Under the pieces are notes generated by a model that did not search any database, had not been told where the DNA came from, and saw only the letters and a program-made list of their open reading frames with translations. From the IMG/VR virus record IMGVR_UViG_3300025617_001081: DNA of 20,000 nucleotides. One strand, 5' to 3'. Made by a program: the position numbers and the translations under genes. Numbering within the stretch: the stretch's first letter is position 1; each line of letters begins with the position of its first letter. Shown piece after piece: positions 7,540 through 18,100 of the stretch. This stretch comes from an uncultured virus (IMG/VR IMGVR_UViG_3300025617_001081) (lineage: Duplodnaviria > Heunggongvirae > Uroviricota > Caudoviricetes).

Positions 7540-9366
7540 TTAAACGCTTGATGTTAAGTCTTGATCAAACTCCCACTGATTTGATCCATTGACTGTAAAA
7601 CGTTTTAATCCCCTCACAGGTGATAAGTTAATGGTACCTGTTGCGTCCACACCTTGTGATATACTTTCTACCACAGTAACATTATTGGTACCATTACTGT
7701 CAACTGCTCGAGTTTCTTGAACAACAGTTCCGCTAGTGTTCGGTGAAGTAGAAACTGTAACTTCAATACCTGTTACTGCTACAGAAGTATATGACGTAGT
7801 ATGTACTATTGCTACAGTACCTATTTCTTTATTAGCAGCCGGGAAAATATCATTTAGTACTAGTGCTATCTGTGTGTTGTTTAATCCTGTAATATCCATG
7901 CTAAATGCTAAAGGAGTGCTATTGACTAAATTATCAACATATCCTTTAGTTGCAGCATGTGTATTTGCCGTAGGTGCTCCTACATTTGTTATTTGATTGC
8001 TGTTAACATTAACAACACCATTTGGATTTATATTGATGTCGCCAGTTGTTGTACTAATAGTTTGATTAAATAACCTCATTCCACCAGCATTAATATCAGG
8101 AACAGTTCCTAGTGAAGTTAGTGCAGGAGCACTTGTGACATTATATAATGTAGTTTCATCTAACATTAAACTATTATCAATATAATATCCTTTATTACTA
8201 GGAATATTAACATCAGTACTTAACTCCCATGCATCATTAGCGAAGTTCCAAGTAATAGTCTTATCATCGCCTTGCACTTTTACAATAATACCAGCGCCGT
8301 CTGCCTGCGCTTCTGTTATCATTGTGCTATCATCAGTAATACCTAGTTCAATATTTTTGTCAGCAATTCTTAGTATAGTACTATCAACACTTGTAGTTGT
8401 GCCTTCGACAAGTAAATTACCTGTAATTCTAGCATCACCGTTAACATCTAACGTATGAGCAGGCGTAGTTGTGAATAGTCCAACCCGTTCTGTTTGAGCG
8501 TCTACAAATATTGCATCTTTGATAATACCTTCTGCATTTATTCGTATAGAATAATCTTGGTTTTTAAGTCTATTTTCTGCAACAACTGTTGTACCGCTGA
8601 CTTTAATGATATGATTAGAGCCTGTTCCAATAGTTAGTCCATCGTTGTTATCAATAAACAACGTACCTGACATGGTTCCTGCTCTGTCTGCTGGCACAAA
8701 CTGATCAGCACTAATAATTTCGCCGTTTTGGTTAATAACATTTTGTGCTAGTTTAGCAGTACCGTGAAATATAAATCCTTCTTCGTCTACAAAATTGAAG
8801 CCTTTTTTAACATTGCCGCTAAACGGAATGCTCGCAGCTACACTTGGTGTAAACTCTGTATTAGACAAAATGGCAACTAGTTGTCCTGCAAGATATAAAT
8901 CAGCAACTACCCGATCTCTTTCTAATGTATCTTGTATAGTTCTAACTCTAAATCCACTGAGTCCTTGTTGTGCTGTATAAATAGGTCCTGCTAATATGGG
9001 TCCTGAACTCGGACTTGTTGCAAAAAATAATTGTTTAGTAAATGGATTGATATACAAATCGCCTTCTGTAAGAGTAGGTGTAGTTGTACTTACAATAGGT
9101 GCACCTGCTGTTTCAAAATTAGAACCGTTATATATTTTAATCCTGCCAGTATTTGTGTCGTACCAAATTTGTCCTTCAATTGGATTACTAGGTGCAAACC
9201 CAGCTGCAAAATTTTCTAACAGTTTAACAAAATTTTCATTAAACTGTTCACCAAATCCTACATAGTTTCTTCCTACTAATGTAAGATCTGTAGAATTTGT
9301 ATCAACTATTCCGTCAATTAAGTCTACAAGTAAACTTCCGTCGCTTTTGTTAATCTGATAGCTCAT
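7540..9366 (-). CDS. Tail fibre-like protein (608 aa)
   Basis: Shared N-terminal module (ENFVKLLENF...GQIWYD); fibre-type motifs RVGLFTTTPAHTLDVNGDARITGNLLVEGTTT and NQITNVGAPTANTHAATKGYVD (trimeric neck-like); TAATG overlap with the upstream gene. Confidence 0.75.
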   Translation of the reverse strand: MSYQINKSDGSLLVDLIDGIVDTNSTDLTLVGRNYVGFGEQFNENFVKLLENFAAGFAPSNPIEGQIWYDTNTGRIKIYNGSNFETAGAPIVSTTTPTLTEGDLYINPFTKQLFFATSPSSGPILAGPIYTAQQGLSGFRVRTIQDTLERDRVVADLYLAGQLVAILSNTEFTPSVAASIPFSGNVKKGFNFVDEEGFIFHGTAKLAQNVINQNGEIISADQFVPADRAGTMSGTLFIDNNDGLTIGTGSNHIIKVSGTTVVAENRLKNQDYSIRINAEGIIKDAIFVDAQTERVGLFTTTPAHTLDVNGDARITGNLLVEGTTTSVDSTILRIADKNIELGITDDSTMITEAQADGAGIIVKVQGDDKTITWNFANDAWELSTDVNIPSNKGYYIDNSLMLDETTLYNVTSAPALTSLGTVPDINAGGMRLFNQTISTTTGDININPNGVVNVNSNQITNVGAPTANTHAATKGYVDNLVNSTPLAFSMDITGLNNTQIALVLNDIFPAANKEIGTVAIVHTTSYTSVAVTGIEVTVSTSPNTSGTVVQETRAVDSNGTNNVTVVESISQGVDATGTINLSPVRGLKRFTVNGSNQWEFDQDLTSSV

Positions 9367-11471
9367 TATTCTATAACCCCAGTGAATATAATGTAATTAA
9401 CTGCTAAGAACGGATTCATAACATCTATTGCAGTTCCTAGATTTTTTACAGTATTTCCGTCTATTGTAGTAGTATCTGCAAGAATTCCTCCAGATGTCGG
9501 ATACCCTTGTCCTTGCGTTGCTTCTGTAGGGTCTACACTTGAAGGCTGTGGTACAGAACTTGCAGGCGAAGTGCCATCGCCTGTAACTTTAGGATCGGCA
9601 CTCATAGCAAAAAACTGTTTTACAGGACCATCTTCGACATCTGATTGTAAAGTGTGTTCGTGTTCTGGCAGATTTTCTAGATCAATTATAACATCTTCAC
9701 TGCCTGATCTATTACCTAGTTCGCTTGCTCTCGCGCCTGTTACTACACCTGCAGCTGTTCCGCCCATGTTATCTAAACCTAATGGCATTCTTCCTCTAAA
9801 GTCTGGAAGAGCAAATTTGTCTGCACTAGGACTGTCTTTAAAATTATATCCTATAACGTTGAATAGAATTGAATATAGTTCGTCATCTACTTCTCGACCG
9901 TCACAAACTAACCAAACTCCGCCATTCCATAATACTCTACCGTCACTAGGAATAACTCCTGCATAAGGAACAATAGATCCGGGCGGAGTTATTGGTACTA
10001 GAGTTAGTAATGTTCTTGCATTTATTTTTTTAAGTCCAGGACTAGCTCCAGTAATTCTGTTTATAATAAATTCATCATTAAAATTACCAGAAGTAACAGT
10101 TGTTTTATTTCCAATAAATGTATTAGATATAGAGGTTGTAAAAGTTTTAGTATTTCCTCCGGTTGAACCATCAAATGATATAGGATTAGCTGTAACATCG
10201 CCTGAAACTAAAAATGATGTTGCACTTGTTAATCTGTTTGCTCTTGTAGCAGTTCCTGATAATGACCCTACAACATCACCTTCGACATCGCCTATGAATT
10301 TATTTGCATAAGCATTTCTATATTTTAATAATTGTGATCCGATATCTCTTGTTAAAGTACCGTCAGGTAAAATATCGGTAAATGTTGTTGTGCCTGCAAC
10401 ATTTAAGTTGCCGCCAACATATAAATTTTGTGCAACACCCATGCCGCCTTTGGTTACAATACTTCCTGAACCAATAGTAGTGCTAGGAGTTACTCCGTTT
10501 ACAATAATTGATTCACTTATTTGTATACTGCCTGTTACATCCAAGGCTTGTGCAGGATTTTGATTATTAATACCTACATTTGTTGAACTGTCTACTTTAA
10601 TAACAGTTTTGTTTACTCCGTCGTCGTTCACGCGAATGTCAATTGCTGCACCGCTAGTGTTATGTTGAATAATTGCAGATTCGCCTTCAACACCAACCGT
10701 TAATTGTCCTCCAGAACCTACTAATAATCCACTATTATTTTTAATCCTAAATTGATTGTTTGTTGTAGAAATAACATCACTACGTAAAAAGTTACTAGCA
10801 AGAATAGTTTCTGCACCGACTAATAAATTTTCTGCTTTTTCTGCCGTTCCAATTAATTTAGGAATGCCACTAGCTCCAAATGTATTGATACTTAAATTAA
10901 TACCTGTTTTTAAACTTGAAAATCCTGGTATAACTGTTTTAGGAGTAAATGCTTCCGCACTTACTATAGCAACAGGAACTGCGTCTATTTCAATTCTAAT
11001 AATACTGTGTTCTAAGTTATCAATACCTAAAATTCGTTCCGGAGTTGCGCCTGTAGCAAGACCATCACTAAATTGTGGGCCTACTAATGTCCACCCAGAA
11101 CCTGTAAACAAATACAGTTGTTGGTTATCTGTATCAGTCCATAAATCACCAGTTACACTAGCACTTGCTTCAGGTTGAGTATCTCCTTTTTTAAGACCGC
11201 CTGCTGCAACAAATTCTGTAGAATTATAAATTTTAAGTTGCGGAGACGACGCATTAGAATCGTACCATAACTGCCCTTGCACAGGATTACTAGGTTCAGT
11301 AGGACTTGCAAAATTTTCTAATAAATGTAAAAAGTTTTCTGCAATAGCTTGCCCGTAGTTTGTTACTTGTCTTCCTGGAAACGATAAGTCTGTTTGTTGA
11401 TTTGTAGTGCCGTCTTCAATAACAATAGTACCGTTTTCGATAGCATTTGTAAAACTAATAGTATATGCCAT
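9366..11471 (-). CDS. Tail fibre protein with phage tail-collar domain (short-tail-fibre-like, 701 aa)
   Basis: Shared N-terminal module (ENFLHLLENF...GQLWYD). C-terminal collar PPGSIVPYAG...WLVCDGREV...YSILFNVIGYNF...FALPDFRGRMPLG (~9778-9986), NLPEHEH, and terminal MNPFLAVNYIIFTG. Confidence 0.85.
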   Translation of the reverse strand: MAYTISFTNAIENGTIVIEDGTTNQQTDLSFPGRQVTNYGQAIAENFLHLLENFASPTEPSNPVQGQLWYDSNASSPQLKIYNSTEFVAAGGLKKGDTQPEASASVTGDLWTDTDNQQLYLFTGSGWTLVGPQFSDGLATGATPERILGIDNLEHSIIRIEIDAVPVAIVSAEAFTPKTVIPGFSSLKTGINLSINTFGASGIPKLIGTAEKAENLLVGAETILASNFLRSDVISTTNNQFRIKNNSGLLVGSGGQLTVGVEGESAIIQHNTSGAAIDIRVNDDGVNKTVIKVDSSTNVGINNQNPAQALDVTGSIQISESIIVNGVTPSTTIGSGSIVTKGGMGVAQNLYVGGNLNVAGTTTFTDILPDGTLTRDIGSQLLKYRNAYANKFIGDVEGDVVGSLSGTATRANRLTSATSFLVSGDVTANPISFDGSTGGNTKTFTTSISNTFIGNKTTVTSGNFNDEFIINRITGASPGLKKINARTLLTLVPITPPGSIVPYAGVIPSDGRVLWNGGVWLVCDGREVDDELYSILFNVIGYNFKDSPSADKFALPDFRGRMPLGLDNMGGTAAGVVTGARASELGNRSGSEDVIIDLENLPEHEHTLQSDVEDGPVKQFFAMSADPKVTGDGTSPASSVPQPSSVDPTEATQGQGYPTSGGILADTTTIDGNTVKNLGTAIDVMNPFLAVNYIIFTGVIE

Positions 11472-11474
11472 TTA

Positions 11475-12077
11475 TTATACCCCCGACAAGCTCTGAATAC
11501 GCACTGTATAATCAATTTGTATTAGACGATTTAATGATTTTTGAACTGGATGGAAGATAACATGAGTTAGTAATCTGCCAGTTCCTGCTGAATCATATGC
11601 TCTTAATCCTAATTCGTCAAATACATACAAACTGTCACTGCTAGTAGCAGTGTCAAATGCATCTTGTCCATTAGGCTCGCTGTAATCTAATAAACAACTA
11701 ACAACTACGTCAGTGTAATTTGTGCCACTTACATGCCTTGTTTCAATTTTGTTACGAACTGGATCAACGTTGTTAACACTTCTGTCATCTACAATCTTGC
11801 TGTAAGTTTGATTATATAAACTAGCATTTGTACCTGTACTATTAGGTGTTAGATATGTAATAATTCCTGTTTCGTCAACGCTCGTGCCGCCATTTCCAAA
11901 GCTCATTTCATGAATCCAACTTTCGCCAGCATTTGCAATACTCTCAGCAAGACTTATGCTCATGTTTTCATAATGAATAGCGTTTCTTTTATTGACATAT
12001 TCGACATCGGATTCAGGATCAAAAATCCTTATATGTCCTTGTATCAATAAACTCTGTGAATCTTGTATTTTGTCCAT
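11475..12077 (-). CDS. Putative baseplate / fibre-attachment structural protein (200 aa)
   Basis: Lies between the giant structural gene and the fibres; pattern GHIRIFD...KRNAI...MSFGNGG...FDELGL...LLTHVIFHPVQKS..RLIQIDYTVRI; AAGGA SD (12084-12088); tandem TAA TAA stop directly before the next ATG. Confidence 0.6.
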   Translation of the reverse strand: MDKIQDSQSLLIQGHIRIFDPESDVEYVNKRNAIHYENMSISLAESIANAGESWIHEMSFGNGGTSVDETGIITYLTPNSTGTNASLYNQTYSKIVDDRSVNNVDPVRNKIETRHVSGTNYTDVVVSCLLDYSEPNGQDAFDTATSSDSLYVFDELGLRAYDSAGTGRLLTHVIFHPVQKSLNRLIQIDYTVRIQSLSGV

Positions 12078-12095
12078 TTTAATTCCTTGCTATCG

Positions 12096-12103
12096 TATTT
12101 ATT
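12096..12103 (-). promoter_or_regulatory. Late-promoter-like box AATAAATA
   Basis: AATAAATAC overlapping the TAA of the giant gene, 18 nt upstream of the ATG at 12077; the same 9-mer as at 7530-7538. Confidence 0.6.
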
Positions 12104-15100
12104 AAGGTAAGTCAACCTCTACAGATCTTATAAATCTTGCTACTTCTGTGTCTGCATTTCTTAGAGAAGTTCCAGGTAGTGCAAACGTTTTTCCTGTCTT
12201 TTTAACAAACTGTATTCTTGCGTTTGTATTTGGTGTGTTAATAAACGTTACAGTATTGGCTGAAACATCTACTGTGTACTCTGCAGGCAGGATCGTATCG
12301 CCTGCAGGAGAATCTTGATCTATTGTATAATCATATACTGCAATGTCTTGCTTGCGAAGTCTAGTTCCTCCTACAAATACTTCTAACTCATCTATGCTAG
12401 AAATATCAAATGTAAGATTATATGTATTTACTCCTGTATTTTCTGGAGTTTGTACAACTGTGACGTCTTTGTAAGGAATAGTTTCTGTAATACCTTGATT
12501 GTAAACTCTGGTGTTTGCAGAATGTATTTCTTTGACTCCTGTGCCTAGTGTGCCGCGTCTAAGCTGTCTTAAACGATTATCTTGAATAACAAAATACTCA
12601 ATACGCTCGCCGTTGATAAACACTACACCAGGAATGTTTTTGGCCTTATTAGGCTCTGGTAGTCCTTCAACTGTGTCTAGATCAATCGCAGTATCATACC
12701 AGTTTAGATCCTGAGACAATCTATAACGATATGTGTCGTTTAGACGCTTGTAATGTGTACGATTAAGCATGTCTTTGAATATTCTATATCCAAACTTACC
12801 AGACACTGCTGTGCCTCTAACCTGCATAATGTCAACAACATCCGTTTGTGCTAGGTCTTTAACAATCTTGACATACTGTCTATCATCTGTTAAAGTGTAG
12901 TCTTGATTAGGTGTTAAACGTTCACCGTTGACCATTGCAAATATATATTGAACATCTGTAGCAGGTTCTGACAGTTTAATCAACCCATTGGTTAGACTTA
13001 AATATTCTCTGTAGTCTTCTTGGCTTGGATCTAGTGAAATCTTAGAAACAACTTCTAGGTTAAATCTATCAAAGTTTTGTAGATCGTGATTTGTAAATGT
13101 TAATATACGTATTTCTGCATCTTGCGCAGGAGCAGTGTTAAACTGTATTGCGTTATTAACAACAGCATATTCTCCTGTGTCAATGTATACTTTTAATACA
13201 TCTCCGTCTGTGCCAATACCTGCCGACAGTGTAACACTTGAGTTTGCGCTGTTCCATCTGTATTCAACGTTTTTAACAAGTGCAACATCGTTCAAGTAAA
13301 CACTTACAAACTCATTTGTAAGTGTTGATGGTTCTTGCTGATACTGTCTTAACACATATTCACGTGTATTTGAACTAGCAGCAAATGTTTCATTGTAGTC
13401 GCTGTAAAGAACTGTGTCATCTACAAATACCAACATGTTTTGTTCAACAGGTGATTTGTATAACGGAATGTTATCCAATGCATAAGTTGCAGTGCTTCCG
13501 TCTCCTAGTTCAATCTGTTCCGAAACAACACTGTAAGATTGTTCTTCTCCAGCAAATACACTGTAGCGAATGATTCTGCCAGCCGCAGGTGGATTATCAA
13601 ATCTCAATACCAGTCTACCTTGTTCTTCACCATAAGTGTCGTCTGCTTCTATAAGTGTAATAGGTCTAGGCTCTCCACTCACTGTTGCATAAACTTGTAG
13701 ATCTGCTTCAAAAGGAACCTGTGTGATATAAGTTGTTACATCTTGTTCTGCTGTAAACTCACCTATGTCATAAATGCTTTGCCCAGCTACATCCATTAAT
13801 ACAATGCTTATTAGGTTTTCTCCTGCAACAATACCATTGCCTGTTGATGGTAATGTTACTGTTTGATCGGCGAAACTAAATGTAATGTCTTCTGGATTTA
13901 CAACAGTGTCGTTGATCTTTGCAAATACACTCGTTGTATTTGCAGGGAAGTTGGTTATTGTAAACTCTGGATCGTAAGGATCTACTTTAAATGTATACAC
14001 ATACATTTGACTAGATCCATTGCCAGGACGATCGTAAACTTTAATATCTAATGTATCTACAACATGTCCTGGAACAACTTCTTCTGCGCCTGTGGTGTTT
14101 CTTGCTGTAACTAGACCGTCGCCGTCTACAATAATATCTTCTGCACGTAAACCTGTGGCTGTAGCATAGTTTAAATCTCCTCCACTGAGTTGAGTATCAT
14201 AACTAGTAGGATCAGGTTTAATACTTCCGTCACTGGTGATTTTTCTTACAACAAAAACATCGTTTGCAGTATTTGCAATATCATAATCGTCTAGATCAAC
14301 ATAGTCAGTAACGCCGTCGCCTGTAATGCTAGGCATTAAAGCATCTGTGTTTATTTGGTCTTGTGTGCCGTAATTAGGATCATCTATGCGGACACCGTTT
14401 TTATAAACATTATATACAACATTGTTTTCTAATACTGTGCTTAGTTGCAATCTAATAGTACTACCGTCTAATGTAAATACCTCATCTTCGTAGGTAGTGT
14501 CGTACTGATCCCATGTACTAGTATACCAGCCATCGAGCTCTGTCATCCATCCAGATCCGCCGGCAAAATCAAAACTTGTTATTTCAACACCGGCATAATC
14601 AACACCGTCCATTAACTGTGGCAAATCTTTACCTAATTGTCCAGTTGCAGGATTATAATAATGTTGAATCCTATCTTCTGCAGAAAGAACGCTGATATCT
14701 TTATTATATGTAACTACAATCTCACTGCCTAATGCTGGAGGAGTAACAAACTCAATAACACCAATCTGTCTAGTATAGCCTAACGTAGTGTCTTGTTTGT
14801 TTGTGTAAGCATAATTATTTTGAAGTATTTCTACATCGTTAACTTTTACATCAATCTTAGTAATGTCAAAACTAATAGGCCATCTTAGATAAAACACTGT
14901 TTGATTAGTTCCGCCTACAAATGTATCAACAGTTTGTATTGTATTAATCTTATACTTGCCTTGAATTCTATCAAATTTTAATGCAATCTTGTTAGATCTA
15001 ACAACGTTATCGCCTATAATAGCAGTTGCTCTTGCTGCAACGCCGCCTTCGTCTAAACCACCTTCTAGTGTAATAACAGGTGCTTTTGTAAATCCGTTAC

Positions 15101-18100
15101 CAGCATCTATGATTTCTATTGCTGTTACTTTACCCTGGCTTACAAATGCCACTGCCTTTGCTGTTGTATCAACGTCAAATACTACCTGAGGTGCTTGAAG
15201 ATATCCGCTTCCTACATCTGCTAATTTAATATCAATTAACTGGAATTTATTATTTTCTCTCCATGCAAGATCAGGATAAGATAGCGCACCTTCGGTAGGA
15301 CTTGTAATTTCTCCGTTACTGTAAATAAAGTTTCTAGGAACTATTTTATCTAAACCAGCATTGTAGTAAGGTGCTAGATCAAAATCACTTACAAAATTAG
15401 ACGAAGTGTCTATGCTGTTGTAAGAACTTAAGAACTCTCTAACCTTTGTTCTAAATGGTTTTGCTTCCTTTATATAATCTTCGTAATTTTCTAAGTTATC
15501 ATTTTCAAAATTAACTTTTTGTTGTAGTTCACCTACATTATGTTGTGCTTTAACAAAACTAGTTTTAAATGCCCAATCTAAATAATTTTGTTCTGCAAAC
15601 GCATATCTAATGCTAGCAAAAAATAATTCATTATAATGAATAGCAAGATTATCGACAAAGATATAATCTCTTAAAGTCTCAAGGATAATTCTAGTTTCTT
15701 GTACAGGAAGATTATCATAGAATGTAATATCAAATGTATCACTATCGTAACCAATCTTATTAGCTTCTGTATCGTATAATGTATTTTTAAACTGTATGGT
15801 TCCGTTTTCTCGTCCAACAGTTTTAAAATTCACTGTGTAATCTACATTTTCTTGATCATCTATTTGTTCAAGAAGTAACCAACCTCCGGAGCCAATATTG
15901 TTAATTTTAACAATGTCTCCAACTGTTGACTCTGTGAAATTTAATTGATAACTTTCATCTACTACATAATCAAATTTTGTAAATTCGTTGTATCCGGTAT
16001 CATACCAATCAATATAGTTCCAATATTGTTCTGTATCGTATTGTTGAGCAGTAGATCTTTCCCACTGTTCTAATACAAAATTACGCTTGTAAAGTGTCCA
16101 TCTGCCTCGAGATGTACTATCACTGTTTACTAATACTGCAAAATTTCTAACAGTTATCGAAGTTGTATTATCATACTTGGAGCCGCCATCTAAAACTGTA
16201 ACGCTGGTTATTGATCCGTTGTTGTTTAATTCAAATTCAAATACTGCGCCGTTACCTATACCAGTTATTTCATAAGAAGGTGTACGTAAATAGCCGCGTC
16301 CAGGATTTACTATATCTACTCGTGCAATAACTCCTTCAACTATTACTGGTTCAAGTATTGCTGTTTCTAATCTTGCAGTTCCTACAAATTGTAATTCTTC
16401 GTACGAATCTAAAATTAAATCATATAAATTAGACGATGCGTACGGTGCTGGTTCTTTTTCAAATAGTCTATCTAAATTAAAATCATCAACTACTAAATTA
16501 TCTGCTAAAACTAAATTAACACGTTCTATTACTTGTTTTAGTGCTTCGACACGATTTACAAACATACTCTGTCTAGGAGTATTAGCTACACCGTATTGCT
16601 GTTTAGCTTTTAATGTTGGATCAGGAACGACTCTATCAAATGCATCATAACCTACTAAGCTATCGAACCATTTCTGTTCAATATCTGCGTTAGGTCTACT
16701 AGTTTCTAATCCTTCTGTTAAAATTTGATATTGTGTGTGAATATTTTTACTAGTATCGTCTATGGTCCAATATTGGAAATTTATAGCGATATCTTTATCT
16801 GCTAATAGTCCGTCACAATTATGAACAACAAATTTATCATCTTTTAATAAACTTATAAACTTATAACCTTGAGCTCGAGGATTTCTAATCAAGTTTTCTA
16901 CTTCGTTACAGCTTGTTGTTCTATTATTTTTATTTGGTATAGTTACTTTATTTGTGACCCAGAAGTAATATTTGTTTACAAATCTCTGTGCTACATCGTC
17001 GAATAAAGATTTTTGAACATATACAGTGTCTCCGTATTTAGGAGTACCGCTTATGCCATTATCTAATCCTTCTTCAGTATCAGCAAGTTCTATCCATTCA
17101 CTTGGAATATAATCAGATTCTACCCATTCACAAATTTCTATATCGGTTCCTTCAAAAAGAATATTCCAAGAATTTGATTGATATATAGAGTTGCCCTGGT
17201 ACGGATTAATCCACAATGAAGTACTTAAATTCCACCATAGTTGTCCTACTTGTGATTCTCCCCAAGTTGACAACGGATCTACAGTAACTTCTGCTGTTCC
17301 TACTGAATATACTGCCGGATCATAATGCGTTTTATAAGAAATATTTTGATCTGCAATTCCAGAAATTTTTCCTTGTATAGGATCAATAAAATCTAATCTT
17401 TCTACTAATTGATTAGTAACTGTGTTATATAAAAATATTCCTTTTATTTTTTCAAGATCTACATTATCGTGCGGAAGTCTTAAGGTATTAATACACTTAG
17501 AATTTCTTTCTTTTCTAAAATCTTGTATTAATCCTTTAAAAGTAGAATTATTTGTATACGTTGGATTCCCTACATATATATGATTATTTTTATACAGGAC
17601 CTGTTCTCCAAATCTTGTAATATCATCTATGTCTGTTTCTAACGCTTGGGCAAACAAATAAGTAGTGTCTATTTTTTCAAATACATAAACACTTCCAACA
17701 TTTTTCTTTGTTTTATTGAAAGTAGTAAATCCATTATCGAATATAGTTTCTTGTTCTGCTAAAGAACTTGTCGGATCTAAAACGTATTCTGTTCCGTAAA
17801 TGGATTCAGAAAATTCTACAAGATTACTATGTACATTAAATGAAGTGTCTAATATAATATCACCATTAGTACTAGTTACTGCAATGCTATCATTTTGAGC
17901 AGAAACATTTGATCCAAATTGCTCGTCGACTTCTATATTAATACTGGTTAATTTTTGTAGTAATGTAAATCCTGAATCTGAAGATTGATAGACACTAACC
18001 GCACCTTTATTGTACACTTCATTATTATCATTTGTAAAATCGTTATAAGGTTCGCCTACTGCTAAAGTATGGCCGTCTGGACTTAAACTAATACTTGTAC

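Larger units (their letters stand above)
6830..11471 (-). repeat. Threefold repeated ~220-aa N-terminal protein module in tandem fibre genes
   Basis: Modules at ~10780-11471, ~8690-9366 and ~6830-7505 share Y.I...DG......TDL...G+.....G....ENF..LLENF.....P.....GQ.WYD......K.Y....F...G......P.....GD......QL......L.GP and later G...G.N/T...GTA..A. Nucleotide similarity is visible at 11310-11339, 9208-9237 and 7350-7379. Confidence 0.88.

Noticed and set aside
6027..11471. Diversity-generating retroelement or invertible tail-fibre cassette
   Set aside because: No near-identical template/variable repeat pair, reverse transcriptase, invertase or inverted gene copy was seen; similarity among the fibres is old, protein-level and N-terminal.
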